This document shows positions 10,228 to 20,853 of a DNA stretch of 64,000 bases, one piece after another (within the stretch, counting starts at the first letter, position 1; each line of letters begins with the position of its first letter). The notes under the pieces were generated by a model. The model was not told the DNA's origin. It was given only the letters and a program-made list of their open reading frames with translations, and made no database searches. The translations under genes and the position numbers were made by a program. Location: NCBI GenBank assembly GCA_937625935.1, contig OW569367.1:310001-374000 (forward strand), in the 5' to 3' direction. The DNA comes from Tetramitus jugosus. Its lineage: Eukaryota > Protista > Heterolobosea.

Positions 10228-10672
10228 ACTATCATGCATGGAATCAAATCGTCTTTCAATTTCATCTGTGGGAGTTCTCACTGGTTTGTTGACAGATTGG
10301 CTTTCTGCTAGTCACCAGTTTAATTGTCACAAGAGCTGCGGCAAGAAGAAGTGGGAAGGTACTGGAGAGTACTCGATTCGGAATGGTCACTGATAGAGGG
10401 AAACTGCGACCCCAAATAGAGATTCAACCTGTGAAACTGGAGGCAAGAGATGTGAAAACATTACACTTACACTATCCTTCGTGACTGAATCGTGAGACAA
10501 TATTTGTGTGAAATGAAATGGATTGTTGAGGCCTACCGCAATCGAAGGGGTACGGTTTGATTCACAGGACCAAGGATAAATAATATCTTCTGTTCCATCA
10601 CAAACAATATTGACATCAATGTAAGGTCTATCCCTGCAATAGTAAGACAAGATTGAATAGTTCTTGTGACAT
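10228..10672 (-). pseudogene. Collapsed pseudogene of the EGF/REJ surface-receptor family
   Basis: Collinear fragments match 56490-57170, the GGGTCGCAGTT..CTCTCCAGTA block and the receptor C-terminus (12608-12735), joined by large deletions; contains stops and frameshifts. Confidence 0.85.
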
Positions 10673-10893
10673 AGTTTTTGCTAACCTATGGGATCGATGT
10701 CTGTCACAAAAAGTCGTAGTGGGTTCAACATTGGCTTTTTTGTCTTCCGTTACGGTTGCCGCCAATTTTTGGTGTTCCAGCCTTTGTTTGAAGAAAAATT
10801 TCGCGAGGTCAACCAGAGTTGCAATAGATCTGCTTTTTGGTTTTCTGAAAACCTTGGAAACCAACAACAAACAACAACCAACAACAACCAAAT

Positions 10894-11973
10894 ATGAATT
10901 CATCACCATCAACCCCACAGCAAAGTTCAACGTCCACAGCCACATCAGTAGCCCAACATAAGACCGAGGACGTTTCATCACGACAACATAAGAAGCTTCT
11001 CATGTTGAAACGCACTCTCTCACCAGAGGACTTTTCAAAACTGACCACTCTGATGCATCGAATGAAAGCAGGTCAATGCACAAAACAACAATTCGATGAA
11101 GAGTACAAGGAGCTGATCATACCATATGGGGGAGCCTTTACTCGATACATGCAACAACAAGTTCAAGCAACCCAACAACAGGAAAACGCTGCAGATGGAA
11201 GCCCAATGAATGTCATTGTTGATGAAAGTTCAAGTAGCAGCAGTGCCAGTGCACCATCACCACCACCAGCAGCACTTTTGATGTGCCAACAAGCCCTCTC
11301 TGTACAAGTGAGACAACCACATGTTACCTCTATGAACATGGTTGACCAACAAAGGTTTTATCAACTCCAACAAGCAACTGGTAGAAACGGTGCGGCATCA
11401 TCACATACAACACCACCACCAATATTCATGAACGGACTATCCCCATTCGCTTTTGCCTCCACAAGCTCAATATCACCTTCAGTTGCTCGACCTGTACCAA
11501 GTAGCAAAGTTGCGACACCACGTCGACACCATCCTTATGTTGTTTCCGGAGCGTATTCCTCTCGTATACGCACACGTAATCAAGCATTAAAGATGCTTTC
11601 AACTTTACAGCCATCTTTCAAGTTGGTTCAGACCGAAGGCGGATTTACTATGAAGATTGAAGCTTTTATCGCTCACGAAAAGATTGAGACTTTCCATGCC
11701 CCCGAGTTTAGCGAAGAAGAATATGAAGAGCAAGAGAAATTTTATGCGTCGTTCAAGAGATTGTCACCCGAAGAACAAGCAGTCAAGTACAAGGAGAAAT
11801 CCATTACGCCTAACGAAGTACTTGCGATTTGGGACACGATAAAACCTCGTCAATTGTCAAAGTTATGCAATCAATTCAAGGATATTGATTCAGACACCAT
11901 TGATCACATATTGACGGAACATCAATCCTATGAATTAGCGGTCAAAGCACTCACCGATATCAACCTCAAATGA
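10894..11973 (+). CDS. Protein with N-terminal RST-like helical domain and C-terminal CUE/UBA-like domain
   Basis: LKRTLSPEDFSKLTTLMHRMKAGQCTKQQF (RST-like); LCNQFKDIDSDTIDHILTEHQSYELAVKAL (CUE-like); Gln/Ser/Pro-rich linker. Confidence 0.6.
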   Translation: MNSSPSTPQQSSTSTATSVAQHKTEDVSSRQHKKLLMLKRTLSPEDFSKLTTLMHRMKAGQCTKQQFDEEYKELIIPYGGAFTRYMQQQVQATQQQENAADGSPMNVIVDESSSSSSASAPSPPPAALLMCQQALSVQVRQPHVTSMNMVDQQRFYQLQQATGRNGAASSHTTPPPIFMNGLSPFAFASTSSISPSVARPVPSSKVATPRRHHPYVVSGAYSSRIRTRNQALKMLSTLQPSFKLVQTEGGFTMKIEAFIAHEKIETFHAPEFSEEEYEEQEKFYASFKRLSPEEQAVKYKEKSITPNEVLAIWDTIKPRQLSKLCNQFKDIDSDTIDHILTEHQSYELAVKALTDINLK

Positions 11974-12607
11974 AACAGGCCCGAATACAGATCATCTTAG
12001 CTTAGTCGTCAAGTAAGACGACGAGAAATAAAATAAACAAGTTTGTATCAAGTTGCTTTGAGTTAAATTTTGTGTGGCAATCTGTGGCCAGACAACTCGT
12101 GTTCAACCATAACCATATTGTCCAACACGATCAGTTCGAGGCACCCTAGCATTAGTATTAATTATACTGTAGTGTCATGAAACCATGAGACATCAATAGT
12201 GAGTAAGGCTCACGTTGAAAATTACTTCTTGGCCATTCTGCTGGTACTCCAGATCTAAAGTATCCATAGGATATAGTCATATCACGAAATGGCTCTATTA
12301 ATGAGCATTTCACGTTCTTTATTGAGAGGTAGCTGAATGACAGAAGTTCGAAACGCTTTTCTCAATAATTGAACATGAATGGGTTTGCGTTGCAAGGCAC
12401 TATGAGTCAATCGCTTTCGTTTTCAAATCAATTGTTCTTATTCTTCCAATGTATGTCGACAAAGATGCAAAGAATCTATGTTGAACTAGCAGCTGATCGA
12501 CTTATTTGTATTTCACCTATCATGTGGAGGCATAGTTCAACTCGATCTGAAGAACTCGAGCTGTTTTTATTCGTCTCTAGGGTACTCGTATGTTTCAAAC
12601 CAGGTGT

Positions 12608-15600
12608 TTATTCATACATGGTGTCAAATCGTCTTTCAATTTCATCTGTGGGAGCTCTCACTGGTTTCTTCAGTTCATATCTTGCCTTTCCGCCAGTCAC
12701 CAGTTTAATTGTCACGAGAGCTGCAGCAAGAAGAATTGCGGCGACGAGAGTCAAACAGGCAAGTACAATGAGCGCAACAGCATAAGGTTTCAGACCTTTA
12801 GAACGAGCTCCTCTCTCAGTTAACGAGCATCCACATGGATTGGTACAGGAAGTACCCACCTCTACAGTCTCAGAAGATTGAATATAATCCAATGAAACAG
12901 TGTGACTCACTGACTGAGAGCACATGCATTGAACAACCACATTATCATTTGGCTTGTCATCTTTTGAGAGCGTACCTGTTTGGCAAACTTTAGAATCCTC
13001 GAGCCATTGTTTGTTCTCACTGTTCAAGTACTTGCAAACATACTGATAGTCATCCGTACGATTGCGGAGAGCAGAGATACTGGGAAGTGTGAGCGAGGAT
13101 TGAGTCAATGTTGTTGCAGAATCTACAGACTGAATTTGTTGTTGGTTCGCTGTGAATAACATGGTTGAAACTGTTGGAGAGGTCCCACTGGTGTCACACT
13201 TGTCTGAGTACTGATCTGGAGGGTTTGTTATAACTTGTCCTTGAACAAAAGTAACTCCCGAATCAGATAGAGCATCACGATTCAACACAATTTGAACATA
13301 CTCAGTATTAGAATTCGTTCCACTTGAAGATGGTTGTCGCACAAGTACAGTTGTATTGACATCAATGGAAGATGAATTCAGTCTTGATATCACTGTTTCA
13401 AGATTAGGGAGTGAGATCGCTTCTGTTTGACCATCAGTCATATTCTGACGAACTCTGCCAGTCAATACATTAACCATCGATGAGAAGGACTCTCTCTGGA
13501 CCTTGGAACTGTTTGTTGCAATCATGACATTGGCCAAATTGTGAGCAACAGTGATTGAGTCACTGATCTTTGAGTCATTTCTTTGAAGTGATTTCATCAC
13601 AATGATTGATGTCTGAACTGTTGATGACTCTGAAAGATAATTGTACTGCTGAGAGATAGTCTTGATTGTTGCCAGTTGAACTTCAGTACTCAATTCATCT
13701 TGTTTCGATTGAATAATACTGATCAGATTGTTCAACAACTGAGATGTTTGATTCGAAGTGATTACTTGAATCGAAGTGATTAAAGAGTTGGTGTATGTTG
13801 TCAATTGCGATTCAAACACTGTTCCGTTGGTCTGGGATAGATCATTAGCTTGTTCAGTCAATACATCTGTCACCTTCAATGGTTCACCTTGATACACTCT
13901 GACAACTGTGGTTGATTCGGAATCCATGCCACTGATGAGTGTAGCTTGAGCAAACAAAGTGATATTACCAAGAATTGGAATAGTGATATTAAGAGCTGGA
14001 ACTTTTCTTCTGGTTTCGAGGAACACTCGATTGTTGTGCTCATCGAAGTAACCAAAGCTATACAAAATATCTCCGGAATCACTACTATTCGTAGTCAGCA
14101 GAAAGTGATCATACAACATAGCACCAGAGTTTGGTGCAACGGTTAGAGGCTTCATTTTAGGTTTTCTGACTGCCCACACGGATATCACTTCAGATGAAAT
14201 GAGATTTGTCGTATGATCAAACTGAATTGTTGCATTAGCATCATAATGATGCTTGAGCAAAATACCTGTGACATTTCTTTGAATTGATTGGACAGGTGAT
14301 TGAAGAGTAACAGACGAGTTAAAAATTCGTTGATCACCTGTATCACGATCCACTACAATCAATAGAGCATTAACTTTCTCTGGTAAATGTCCTGCATAAC
14401 TAATTGTTGCATTCAATATCCATGTCTCTTCTAACAGCTGGCCTTCAATTGCATTGGAGCTTAGGGAGATAGTCGCCTCAGACTCTTCGCAGTTGATTCC
14501 CCTGAATCCCAATGAACACAAGCAAGTATTAAACTGTTCACAAACACCTTTTCCATTACAGACCATTGAATTATTTGATGAAACACCATAACAGGTTGTA
14601 TTCTGGCAATAGCTGCCAAAATAACGCGAATCACATAAGCAATCATCCATACCTACACATTTTCCCCTGCCGCTGCAAACACTCGAGTTATAGGAGTCAT
14701 AGGCAAAACAAGTGAAGGAAGAATTATCCAATACTTGGGCAATAAAGTTGAAAGTCGTGTTACTGGAGAGGATTCGATAATCAGGAAGTACAACCGATAG
14801 AGGGGAATAACTGCGACCCAGTACAGAAGTATAACCATCGTTGCCGACTGATATCTTGAAACCAATCGAAGACAAATTATTGTGTACCGCGAGCAAATTA
14901 ATGGTATTGTCTGTTGTGTTCCACTTGGCTACAAATGCTCGTGTAGTACTTATCTCCGGTATGAACACAGAGCCAGTGAAATACAGTGATTCATGAAGAC
15001 CATAATCCATGCTTTTAATATCTTTCTCAAGCTCAAAGCAAACGGTTTCACTCGAGGCCATTGTTAGATCACTTGCATTGAAATCCTGCTTTACAACACA
15101 TTGTAGAGATGAGTTGTCGGGATGAGGGGTAATGACATAGAGCGACCCAAAATTAGTCTCGCTCACAGATATACCAATGGGATCACCTGTGTATAGAACA
15201 GGGACTGCATCTAATAACAAACCATAGATCGGATGGAATCTTACGATATAGATTACCTCGTCGTCATCATCCATTGAGATCACACCTGTTACATAAATAT
15301 CCCCTGAAATAACTTTTAGAGATGTCATGGTAGCGTTTGGTAGACCGGAAGCCCACATGCACGTTCCATCGTGATCGAATTGTGAGATGACACTAGTTAC
15401 ATCATCGCTGTACATTATCGCACCAAAGGATCTCCCACACGGAAATGGAATGGTACGATTCACAGGACCAATGAGATATATGGTATCATCTACATCTTCA
15501 CAAACATTAATGGCATCATTTGTCACTACCCCACCAGTGCTCGGAACAGTGGCGTTGATAATCTTGTCCCAAACAACAACTCCAAACTGATCTAACTTTA

Positions 15601-16039
15601 TCATCAACGTGTAAGAGCTATCATCACCACTCAATCTTGTGTGGAAGGGAAGAATGTCTGTTGTGCAGTTCGGAAACACCACAATAACACTTCTCTCGTC
15701 ACAGCAAGGCAAGAAGATGGGAACCAAGTGATGATGTCCAGTGTCAATATCTCTCATCCAAATGTACTCCTCTGTTGTTGCATCGTACTTGGCAAGGACC
15801 GTTCTCTTGGTAAGACTTCCAGTGGGAATGTCCTTGTTTTGGAAGGATCGATAAATTGTTGATTGATTGTAAACCTTTATCCCTGTGACTTGATAGTGAG
15901 CAACAACATCATCAATGATCTCAATTCGACCAAAAGAAATGCCGTCACATTGGACAAGTGCTGGGAACCAATAAACAGCAAGGAATAGTGCTGCAATGGA
16001 GAGAAAACAAAGTCGTAAAATTCCACTCTGGTTTGTCAT
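12608..16039 (-). CDS. Type I membrane receptor A: signal peptide, beta-rich N-region, 2 EGF-like repeats, REJ/PKD-like, GAIN/GPS-like, single TM, short tail
   Basis: N-terminal hydrophobic signal; CSGRGKCVGMDDCLC..G..C and CNGKGVCEQFNTCLC; LTVAPNSG..F.L..YSFGY; CKYL..W..C..V.C.C; TM YAVALIVLACL.. Confidence 0.85.
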   Translation of the reverse strand: MTNQSGILRLCFLSIAALFLAVYWFPALVQCDGISFGRIEIIDDVVAHYQVTGIKVYNQSTIYRSFQNKDIPTGSLTKRTVLAKYDATTEEYIWMRDIDTGHHHLVPIFLPCCDERSVIVVFPNCTTDILPFHTRLSGDDSSYTLMIKLDQFGVVVWDKIINATVPSTGGVVTNDAINVCEDVDDTIYLIGPVNRTIPFPCGRSFGAIMYSDDVTSVISQFDHDGTCMWASGLPNATMTSLKVISGDIYVTGVISMDDDDEVIYIVRFHPIYGLLLDAVPVLYTGDPIGISVSETNFGSLYVITPHPDNSSLQCVVKQDFNASDLTMASSETVCFELEKDIKSMDYGLHESLYFTGSVFIPEISTTRAFVAKWNTTDNTINLLAVHNNLSSIGFKISVGNDGYTSVLGRSYSPLSVVLPDYRILSSNTTFNFIAQVLDNSSFTCFAYDSYNSSVCSGRGKCVGMDDCLCDSRYFGSYCQNTTCYGVSSNNSMVCNGKGVCEQFNTCLCSLGFRGINCEESEATISLSSNAIEGQLLEETWILNATISYAGHLPEKVNALLIVVDRDTGDQRIFNSSVTLQSPVQSIQRNVTGILLKHHYDANATIQFDHTTNLISSEVISVWAVRKPKMKPLTVAPNSGAMLYDHFLLTTNSSDSGDILYSFGYFDEHNNRVFLETRRKVPALNITIPILGNITLFAQATLISGMDSESTTVVRVYQGEPLKVTDVLTEQANDLSQTNGTVFESQLTTYTNSLITSIQVITSNQTSQLLNNLISIIQSKQDELSTEVQLATIKTISQQYNYLSESSTVQTSIIVMKSLQRNDSKISDSITVAHNLANVMIATNSSKVQRESFSSMVNVLTGRVRQNMTDGQTEAISLPNLETVISRLNSSSIDVNTTVLVRQPSSSGTNSNTEYVQIVLNRDALSDSGVTFVQGQVITNPPDQYSDKCDTSGTSPTVSTMLFTANQQQIQSVDSATTLTQSSLTLPSISALRNRTDDYQYVCKYLNSENKQWLEDSKVCQTGTLSKDDKPNDNVVVQCMCSQSVSHTVSLDYIQSSETVEVGTSCTNPCGCSLTERGARSKGLKPYAVALIVLACLTLVAAILLAAALVTIKLVTGGKARYELKKPVRAPTDEIERRFDTMYE

Positions 16040-16588
16040 GTTTTTTGTTATCGATCAATCTGCCTGCTTGTCAACCAGCAATCTCTTGGATGACGCAGGA
16101 GAATTCTGTTTGACCGGGGTTGTGCCCCAAGTGTTCTGACAGCGACGTATGGGACTCCCTTCGTTCATGACCAATGTTCTCGCTCTAGTCGCGAATTACA
16201 GCACCTTATTAAGTCAACGGCAAGGACCACATGGAATTTATCACATTGTGAGCACAATGTTGTCATCTGTGTTTCTACGTCTTGTGGCAGAACAGTTGGA
16301 ACTGCACTACCAGATTTTGAAAAATGCCATAAGAATGTTAGAAGGGCCAACAGTAATTCTTTTCTGGTGGATGGCTGATCATTGGTTGGAGTGATAGGAC
16401 CACGAACGACTCCAGCAATTCTCATCTCGGCATAGACGCCGAACCATCAAGTCCAATATTCTGTCCTGAGACTCAGAAATTGTGGAGGAAATTTTCACTT
16501 TGTGTGAACGTAGTAGGGAGATGGTATTTTTTTGTTTTTGTGACAGTTCTTTTCGAACAGAAGAAATTTCAACACCCAAAACACCAAC

Positions 16589-17485
16589 ATGATTCCTTCC
16601 GAGAAGATGGAAGTATTGACTCTGAATATCTTTGAGTTGTTGCCGTGCGATGTTCAAATGAATACCCTGACGTTCTTGCGCATTCAAGATCTGTATCAAG
16701 TTGCTTTGAGTTGCCAGCATGGTGCATACTTGGTTTTGAGTCCAGAAGCTGATGAATACGTGTGGAAGTCAATGGCCTGTACTCTCGAATTCAACAATGA
16801 GGAAATGAACCACCAATACCTCGAGCAAGAAGGGAAAGAACATGACAAAGAGAAAGCGAAGGCGACGTGGAAAGAATGGGTTCGCTTTAATCTGATCAAG
16901 TGGGACCCCAATACAAGACCACCAAACAGTGTCATTGAGATGCACAACAATGACAAGACAATAGCTTGTGGGAAGCAGGGATATTGGGAGACGATTCGAA
17001 CCAACAGAAAACTTGAAATGGGAATGATTCATTGTTGGGAGTACGTTCTGGATGATCATGACAATAGCAGTTATAATACCTCTAGAATATTTGTTGGAAT
17101 TGAGAGAAGTACCTACGCGTTTACTGAAGCAGGAGCCAACAAAATTATTGGCTACAACAGTGAAGGTATAGGTTATAATATCGGTAAACATGAAGTTTAC
17201 AGGGGCAAGTCATTTTGGCCAAGTGATACATCTGTTCTGCGTGAGCAGCGGTTTGTATTCAGCACAGGTGACACAATTGGAATCAAACTCGATTTGAAGA
17301 ATTTGAGCAGTTCAAAGAAAGCTTCCATGTATCTCTTCAAGAACAACAAGTATTTCATGACGATATCAGATATTGCCACGAAAGGCATCGTGTATTATCC
17401 TGCCATATCAGTCGCTGGTCACCAGAGAGTATCCATTCGAATGAAGCATCCATCCATGCTCTGTATCGAATCTTCTAACGAATAA
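16589..17485 (+). CDS. F-box + SPRY/B30.2 protein, copy 2, divergently transcribed from receptor A
   Basis: Clear paralog of 5128-6459. Confidence 0.85.
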   Translation: MIPSEKMEVLTLNIFELLPCDVQMNTLTFLRIQDLYQVALSCQHGAYLVLSPEADEYVWKSMACTLEFNNEEMNHQYLEQEGKEHDKEKAKATWKEWVRFNLIKWDPNTRPPNSVIEMHNNDKTIACGKQGYWETIRTNRKLEMGMIHCWEYVLDDHDNSSYNTSRIFVGIERSTYAFTEAGANKIIGYNSEGIGYNIGKHEVYRGKSFWPSDTSVLREQRFVFSTGDTIGIKLDLKNLSSSKKASMYLFKNNKYFMTISDIATKGIVYYPAISVAGHQRVSIRMKHPSMLCIESSNE

Positions 17486-17551
17486 CAAACCCATCCAGCG
17501 TAAGGATAAAAACAGAGGAAATCTTTTGTACAACGGCAGCTCGGATCGAAT

Positions 17552-20500
17552 ATGCCGGGAACGATGACAACGATTCCAAATATTCTCTTCTTTTGTACGC
17601 CCCGATCTAACGGGGAATCATCAAAAATTCTTCAAAAGCCAAATTTCTTTCCTTGTTTTGTCGTTGCGAGGAACATCAAGATCACTCGTTATTATCGAAT
17701 CTTTTGTTCATACATCTACACAGTTCATGTGACCAGTGCACATCCTGCTTCAATAGAGAACATGATTGAAGAAGAACCCCAAACCTCCACCTATCCCTCC
17801 TCACTCTTCTTTAATACTGATGTGACAGCAGGCAAATTCTCAGCCGACGGTTTATCCGCCCTTTCGGCCAGCGACTTCGCACTTTGCGCACATGCGCAAA
17901 AGGCAAAAAAAGAAACAAGACGAACTAAACGAACAAAAGACGCCGTACAAGCTGTTGTTTTGACCTCTACAAGAGCACAGACCTCTCTCGCTCACCATCG
18001 TTATTCCAGATCCATCTCGTGCACAACGATGCAACAAGACAGCTGTTGTGACTCCAACAACAACAAAAACATGAAAAAAGATCAACTGAGCTTCAGTGAA
18101 GAAAACATGAAAAGGAACAAGGGCAGCACGAAGAATAATACCAATTATTATTCTAGTTCAAGCAATGACAATAGCTCAACTACAACAACAAGATCAACAA
18201 CTACAGTGCAAAATGAACGCCGGCGGCAACAAACAATTGGAATGGACCATTGGAACACTTATGAAAAACACTTTCGAAAATACTTTTTGTGCTTATTGGT
18301 TTCATTGATGCTGTTGTCACTGATACCGATTGATATGAATGCCAGGAGTTGGTACGTTTCAAGTGTCTTGTTCAACGTCATGTGCAATATCCTGATGAAT
18401 AAGATGGCTCGAAGCTTGATGCAACAGCAAGAACAACTGCATTTGTCGTCATCTTCTTCGGCAAAGAAGAGAATGAGAGAGGCAATGACGAATAATAATA
18501 ATGATGATAGCAATAGTGATGATATTACGAACGTTGATGAATGTTCGTTGTTGCAACAACCGTCCAGTTCACTGCGACAGTCTATTCTGTTTTTGTTACA
18601 GTTCACATGTTGGCCAAGAGCTGACCAAAAACTATTTTACCTCGAGTTTCTTCGATCAATGATCAACGGGTTAACGTTTCTTTGTGCTCAAGTACTAGTT
18701 GGTGCAGATTGTCCATTGTATATATGGGGCATATTAACACTGTACACGGATGCTCTGAGAGTGCAGTTTTCAGTGCAGAATTTTGCTCTTGTGATAGTTT
18801 CTGTTTTATCGATTGTGATTTCAATACCAATTGGTATGATATTGGGTCATTGTTCGGTCAATGTCATTGTAAATACCTTCTGTCTATTATTTATAACGGG
18901 TCTGAGTTGCCTGGGGATGATATACTTTATTACGCAAATGAACATGTTTGCTGCGGAGAAGAAGGTGAGTGCAACTCGGTTGCAAGCCGAGCAAATGTAT
19001 CGAGAGCTCTATATCCACGCGCCTAATATGTTTATTACGGTCAATTCTTCTTCGTTGAAGGTATTGAGTGTGAACAATGCTGTAATGAAGGCAACTGGAT
19101 TCAGTGAAGAAGAATTGTTGCAATCAGAGAGCGTTTTACATCTGTTTGTGGATAACGGTGTTTCGAGACATATGCTCGAAGAATTATTGTGCTCTTCTGA
19201 TTGCTCTTCTGGAAAAGCTGTTGAAGCCTACATGATCAACAAGTCAGAGACCAATGATACCGATAAGACTGAACACGATTTAATCGTATCTGTTTCTGTG
19301 AGTGCCATACGGTATTATGAGAACAATGTTGGACCAATGGATGGCACTCTGTTGTTGGCATTACATGACATCACAGGTCAGAAAAAGTTAATGCAAGAAT
19401 TAGTGTCTGCCAAAGAGAAAGCTGTCCAGTCTGATGTTGCGAAAAGCGAATTTATTAGTACGATGAATCATGAACTGCGCACGCCATTGAACGGTATTCA
19501 AGGTGCAGTAGAATTATGTTTTGCTTGCGTTCGCTCACTCCCTGAACCAAAAGAAGCAGTTGATCCAAGTAAACTCCGCGAGGTCATAGAGGAATGCATC
19601 GATCATTTGTACATAATACGTAGTTCTAGTAACCTACTTCTAGGTCTAGTGAACAATATTTTGGATTATAGTCGGATATCATACAACAAAGGAAAGAGAA
19701 GCTTGCGTAGTAATAGTATTGATATCGTTGACATTGCAGCGAGCATATCATTGGAACAAAAATCATTTGACATCAGAAAAATGTTGAAAGAAACATCAGA
19801 TTGTGTTCTATTCATTCAAGCCACAGCTAAAGAAATTGAATACTATGTTCAAATCAGTAAGAGTGTTCCACAATGTGTGATTGGAGATCGAAACCGGATT
19901 CAACAAGTGTGTATCAACTTAATGAGTAACGCTGTCAAATTTACGAACGCTGGTGGTTCGATACATGTGATTATCGATAGGAACTCATGTGATTCTGACT
20001 CTGTTGTTAGTTTGACATTCTCAGTCAAGGACTCTGGAATTGGCATCAAACAGGAACAGTTTGACAAACTATTTCATCAGTTTTCCCAGGTCCATGAAAG
20101 GTCAAGTAACTCAGATATTAACTCACAAACAGGCAGTGGTCTAGGATTATACATTAGCCATACAATCGTGTCATTGATGAATGGCTCTTTCAACGTCGAA
20201 TCAAACTACGGTGAGGGAACTTGCTTTGCATTTACTATCCAGCTCCCGATCGATACGAATACGTTGGATGGAGATACAGCTGATCATTCGATATCAGATG
20301 ACACATCAGAATATGAAACAATTTGTACGAATGTATCCAGAAGCAAAACTGAACAGAACAGTCACGAAGAAGGATATGAAATATATGGTCATGATCGGTC
20401 CAATACTCATGACCAGACGTCAAATGGTCCTCTAATTCTCGTTGCTGAAGATAATCCTATCAACCAACGAATAGTTACTAAGATGCTAGCGAACATGGGA

Positions 20501-20809
20501 ATGAGGAGTCAAATAGCCGGTGATGGACTTGTGTGTGTTGAGCTCTATGAAAAAGACCCGAAGAAGTATACAATGATCCTTATGGATCTGTTCATGCCTA
20601 GGAAATCTGGTGTCGATGCTACCAAAGACATTAGAGAGATCGAACTCAAAATGAACAAGAACATTCATATTCCAATCATTGCTATCACTGCAAGTGTGTC
20701 TCAAGAATCGATAGACCAGTGCCTTAGTGTTGGAATGGATGATTTCTTGTCCAAGCCCATCTCCCTTTCCTCCCTACAGGATACTATTGCCAAATATATG
20801 CAGACTTAG
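17552..20809 (+). CDS. Hybrid sensor histidine kinase (TM segments, PAS, HisKA, HATPase_c, REC)
   Basis: H-box MNHELRTPL, N-box NLMSNAVKFT, DSGIG, GSGLGL, receiver AEDNPIN..MDLFMP..KP; true start probably downstream (17762 or 18029). Confidence 0.9.
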   Translation: MPGTMTTIPNILFFCTPRSNGESSKILQKPNFFPCFVVARNIKITRYYRIFCSYIYTVHVTSAHPASIENMIEEEPQTSTYPSSLFFNTDVTAGKFSADGLSALSASDFALCAHAQKAKKETRRTKRTKDAVQAVVLTSTRAQTSLAHHRYSRSISCTTMQQDSCCDSNNNKNMKKDQLSFSEENMKRNKGSTKNNTNYYSSSSNDNSSTTTTRSTTTVQNERRRQQTIGMDHWNTYEKHFRKYFLCLLVSLMLLSLIPIDMNARSWYVSSVLFNVMCNILMNKMARSLMQQQEQLHLSSSSSAKKRMREAMTNNNNDDSNSDDITNVDECSLLQQPSSSLRQSILFLLQFTCWPRADQKLFYLEFLRSMINGLTFLCAQVLVGADCPLYIWGILTLYTDALRVQFSVQNFALVIVSVLSIVISIPIGMILGHCSVNVIVNTFCLLFITGLSCLGMIYFITQMNMFAAEKKVSATRLQAEQMYRELYIHAPNMFITVNSSSLKVLSVNNAVMKATGFSEEELLQSESVLHLFVDNGVSRHMLEELLCSSDCSSGKAVEAYMINKSETNDTDKTEHDLIVSVSVSAIRYYENNVGPMDGTLLLALHDITGQKKLMQELVSAKEKAVQSDVAKSEFISTMNHELRTPLNGIQGAVELCFACVRSLPEPKEAVDPSKLREVIEECIDHLYIIRSSSNLLLGLVNNILDYSRISYNKGKRSLRSNSIDIVDIAASISLEQKSFDIRKMLKETSDCVLFIQATAKEIEYYVQISKSVPQCVIGDRNRIQQVCINLMSNAVKFTNAGGSIHVIIDRNSCDSDSVVSLTFSVKDSGIGIKQEQFDKLFHQFSQVHERSSNSDINSQTGSGLGLYISHTIVSLMNGSFNVESNYGEGTCFAFTIQLPIDTNTLDGDTADHSISDDTSEYETICTNVSRSKTEQNSHEEGYEIYGHDRSNTHDQTSNGPLILVAEDNPINQRIVTKMLANMGMRSQIAGDGLVCVELYEKDPKKYTMILMDLFMPRKSGVDATKDIREIELKMNKNIHIPIIAITASVSQESIDQCLSVGMDDFLSKPISLSSLQDTIAKYMQT

Positions 20810-20853
20810 TTTAATGTAAATATATGACAATCAGTCATAAACTCGGCCGATAT

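Noticed and set aside
12560-17500. Receptor/F-box cassette as a DNA transposon
   Set aside because: No transposase, terminal inverted repeats or target-site duplication seen; similarity ends just past the receptor's AATAAA
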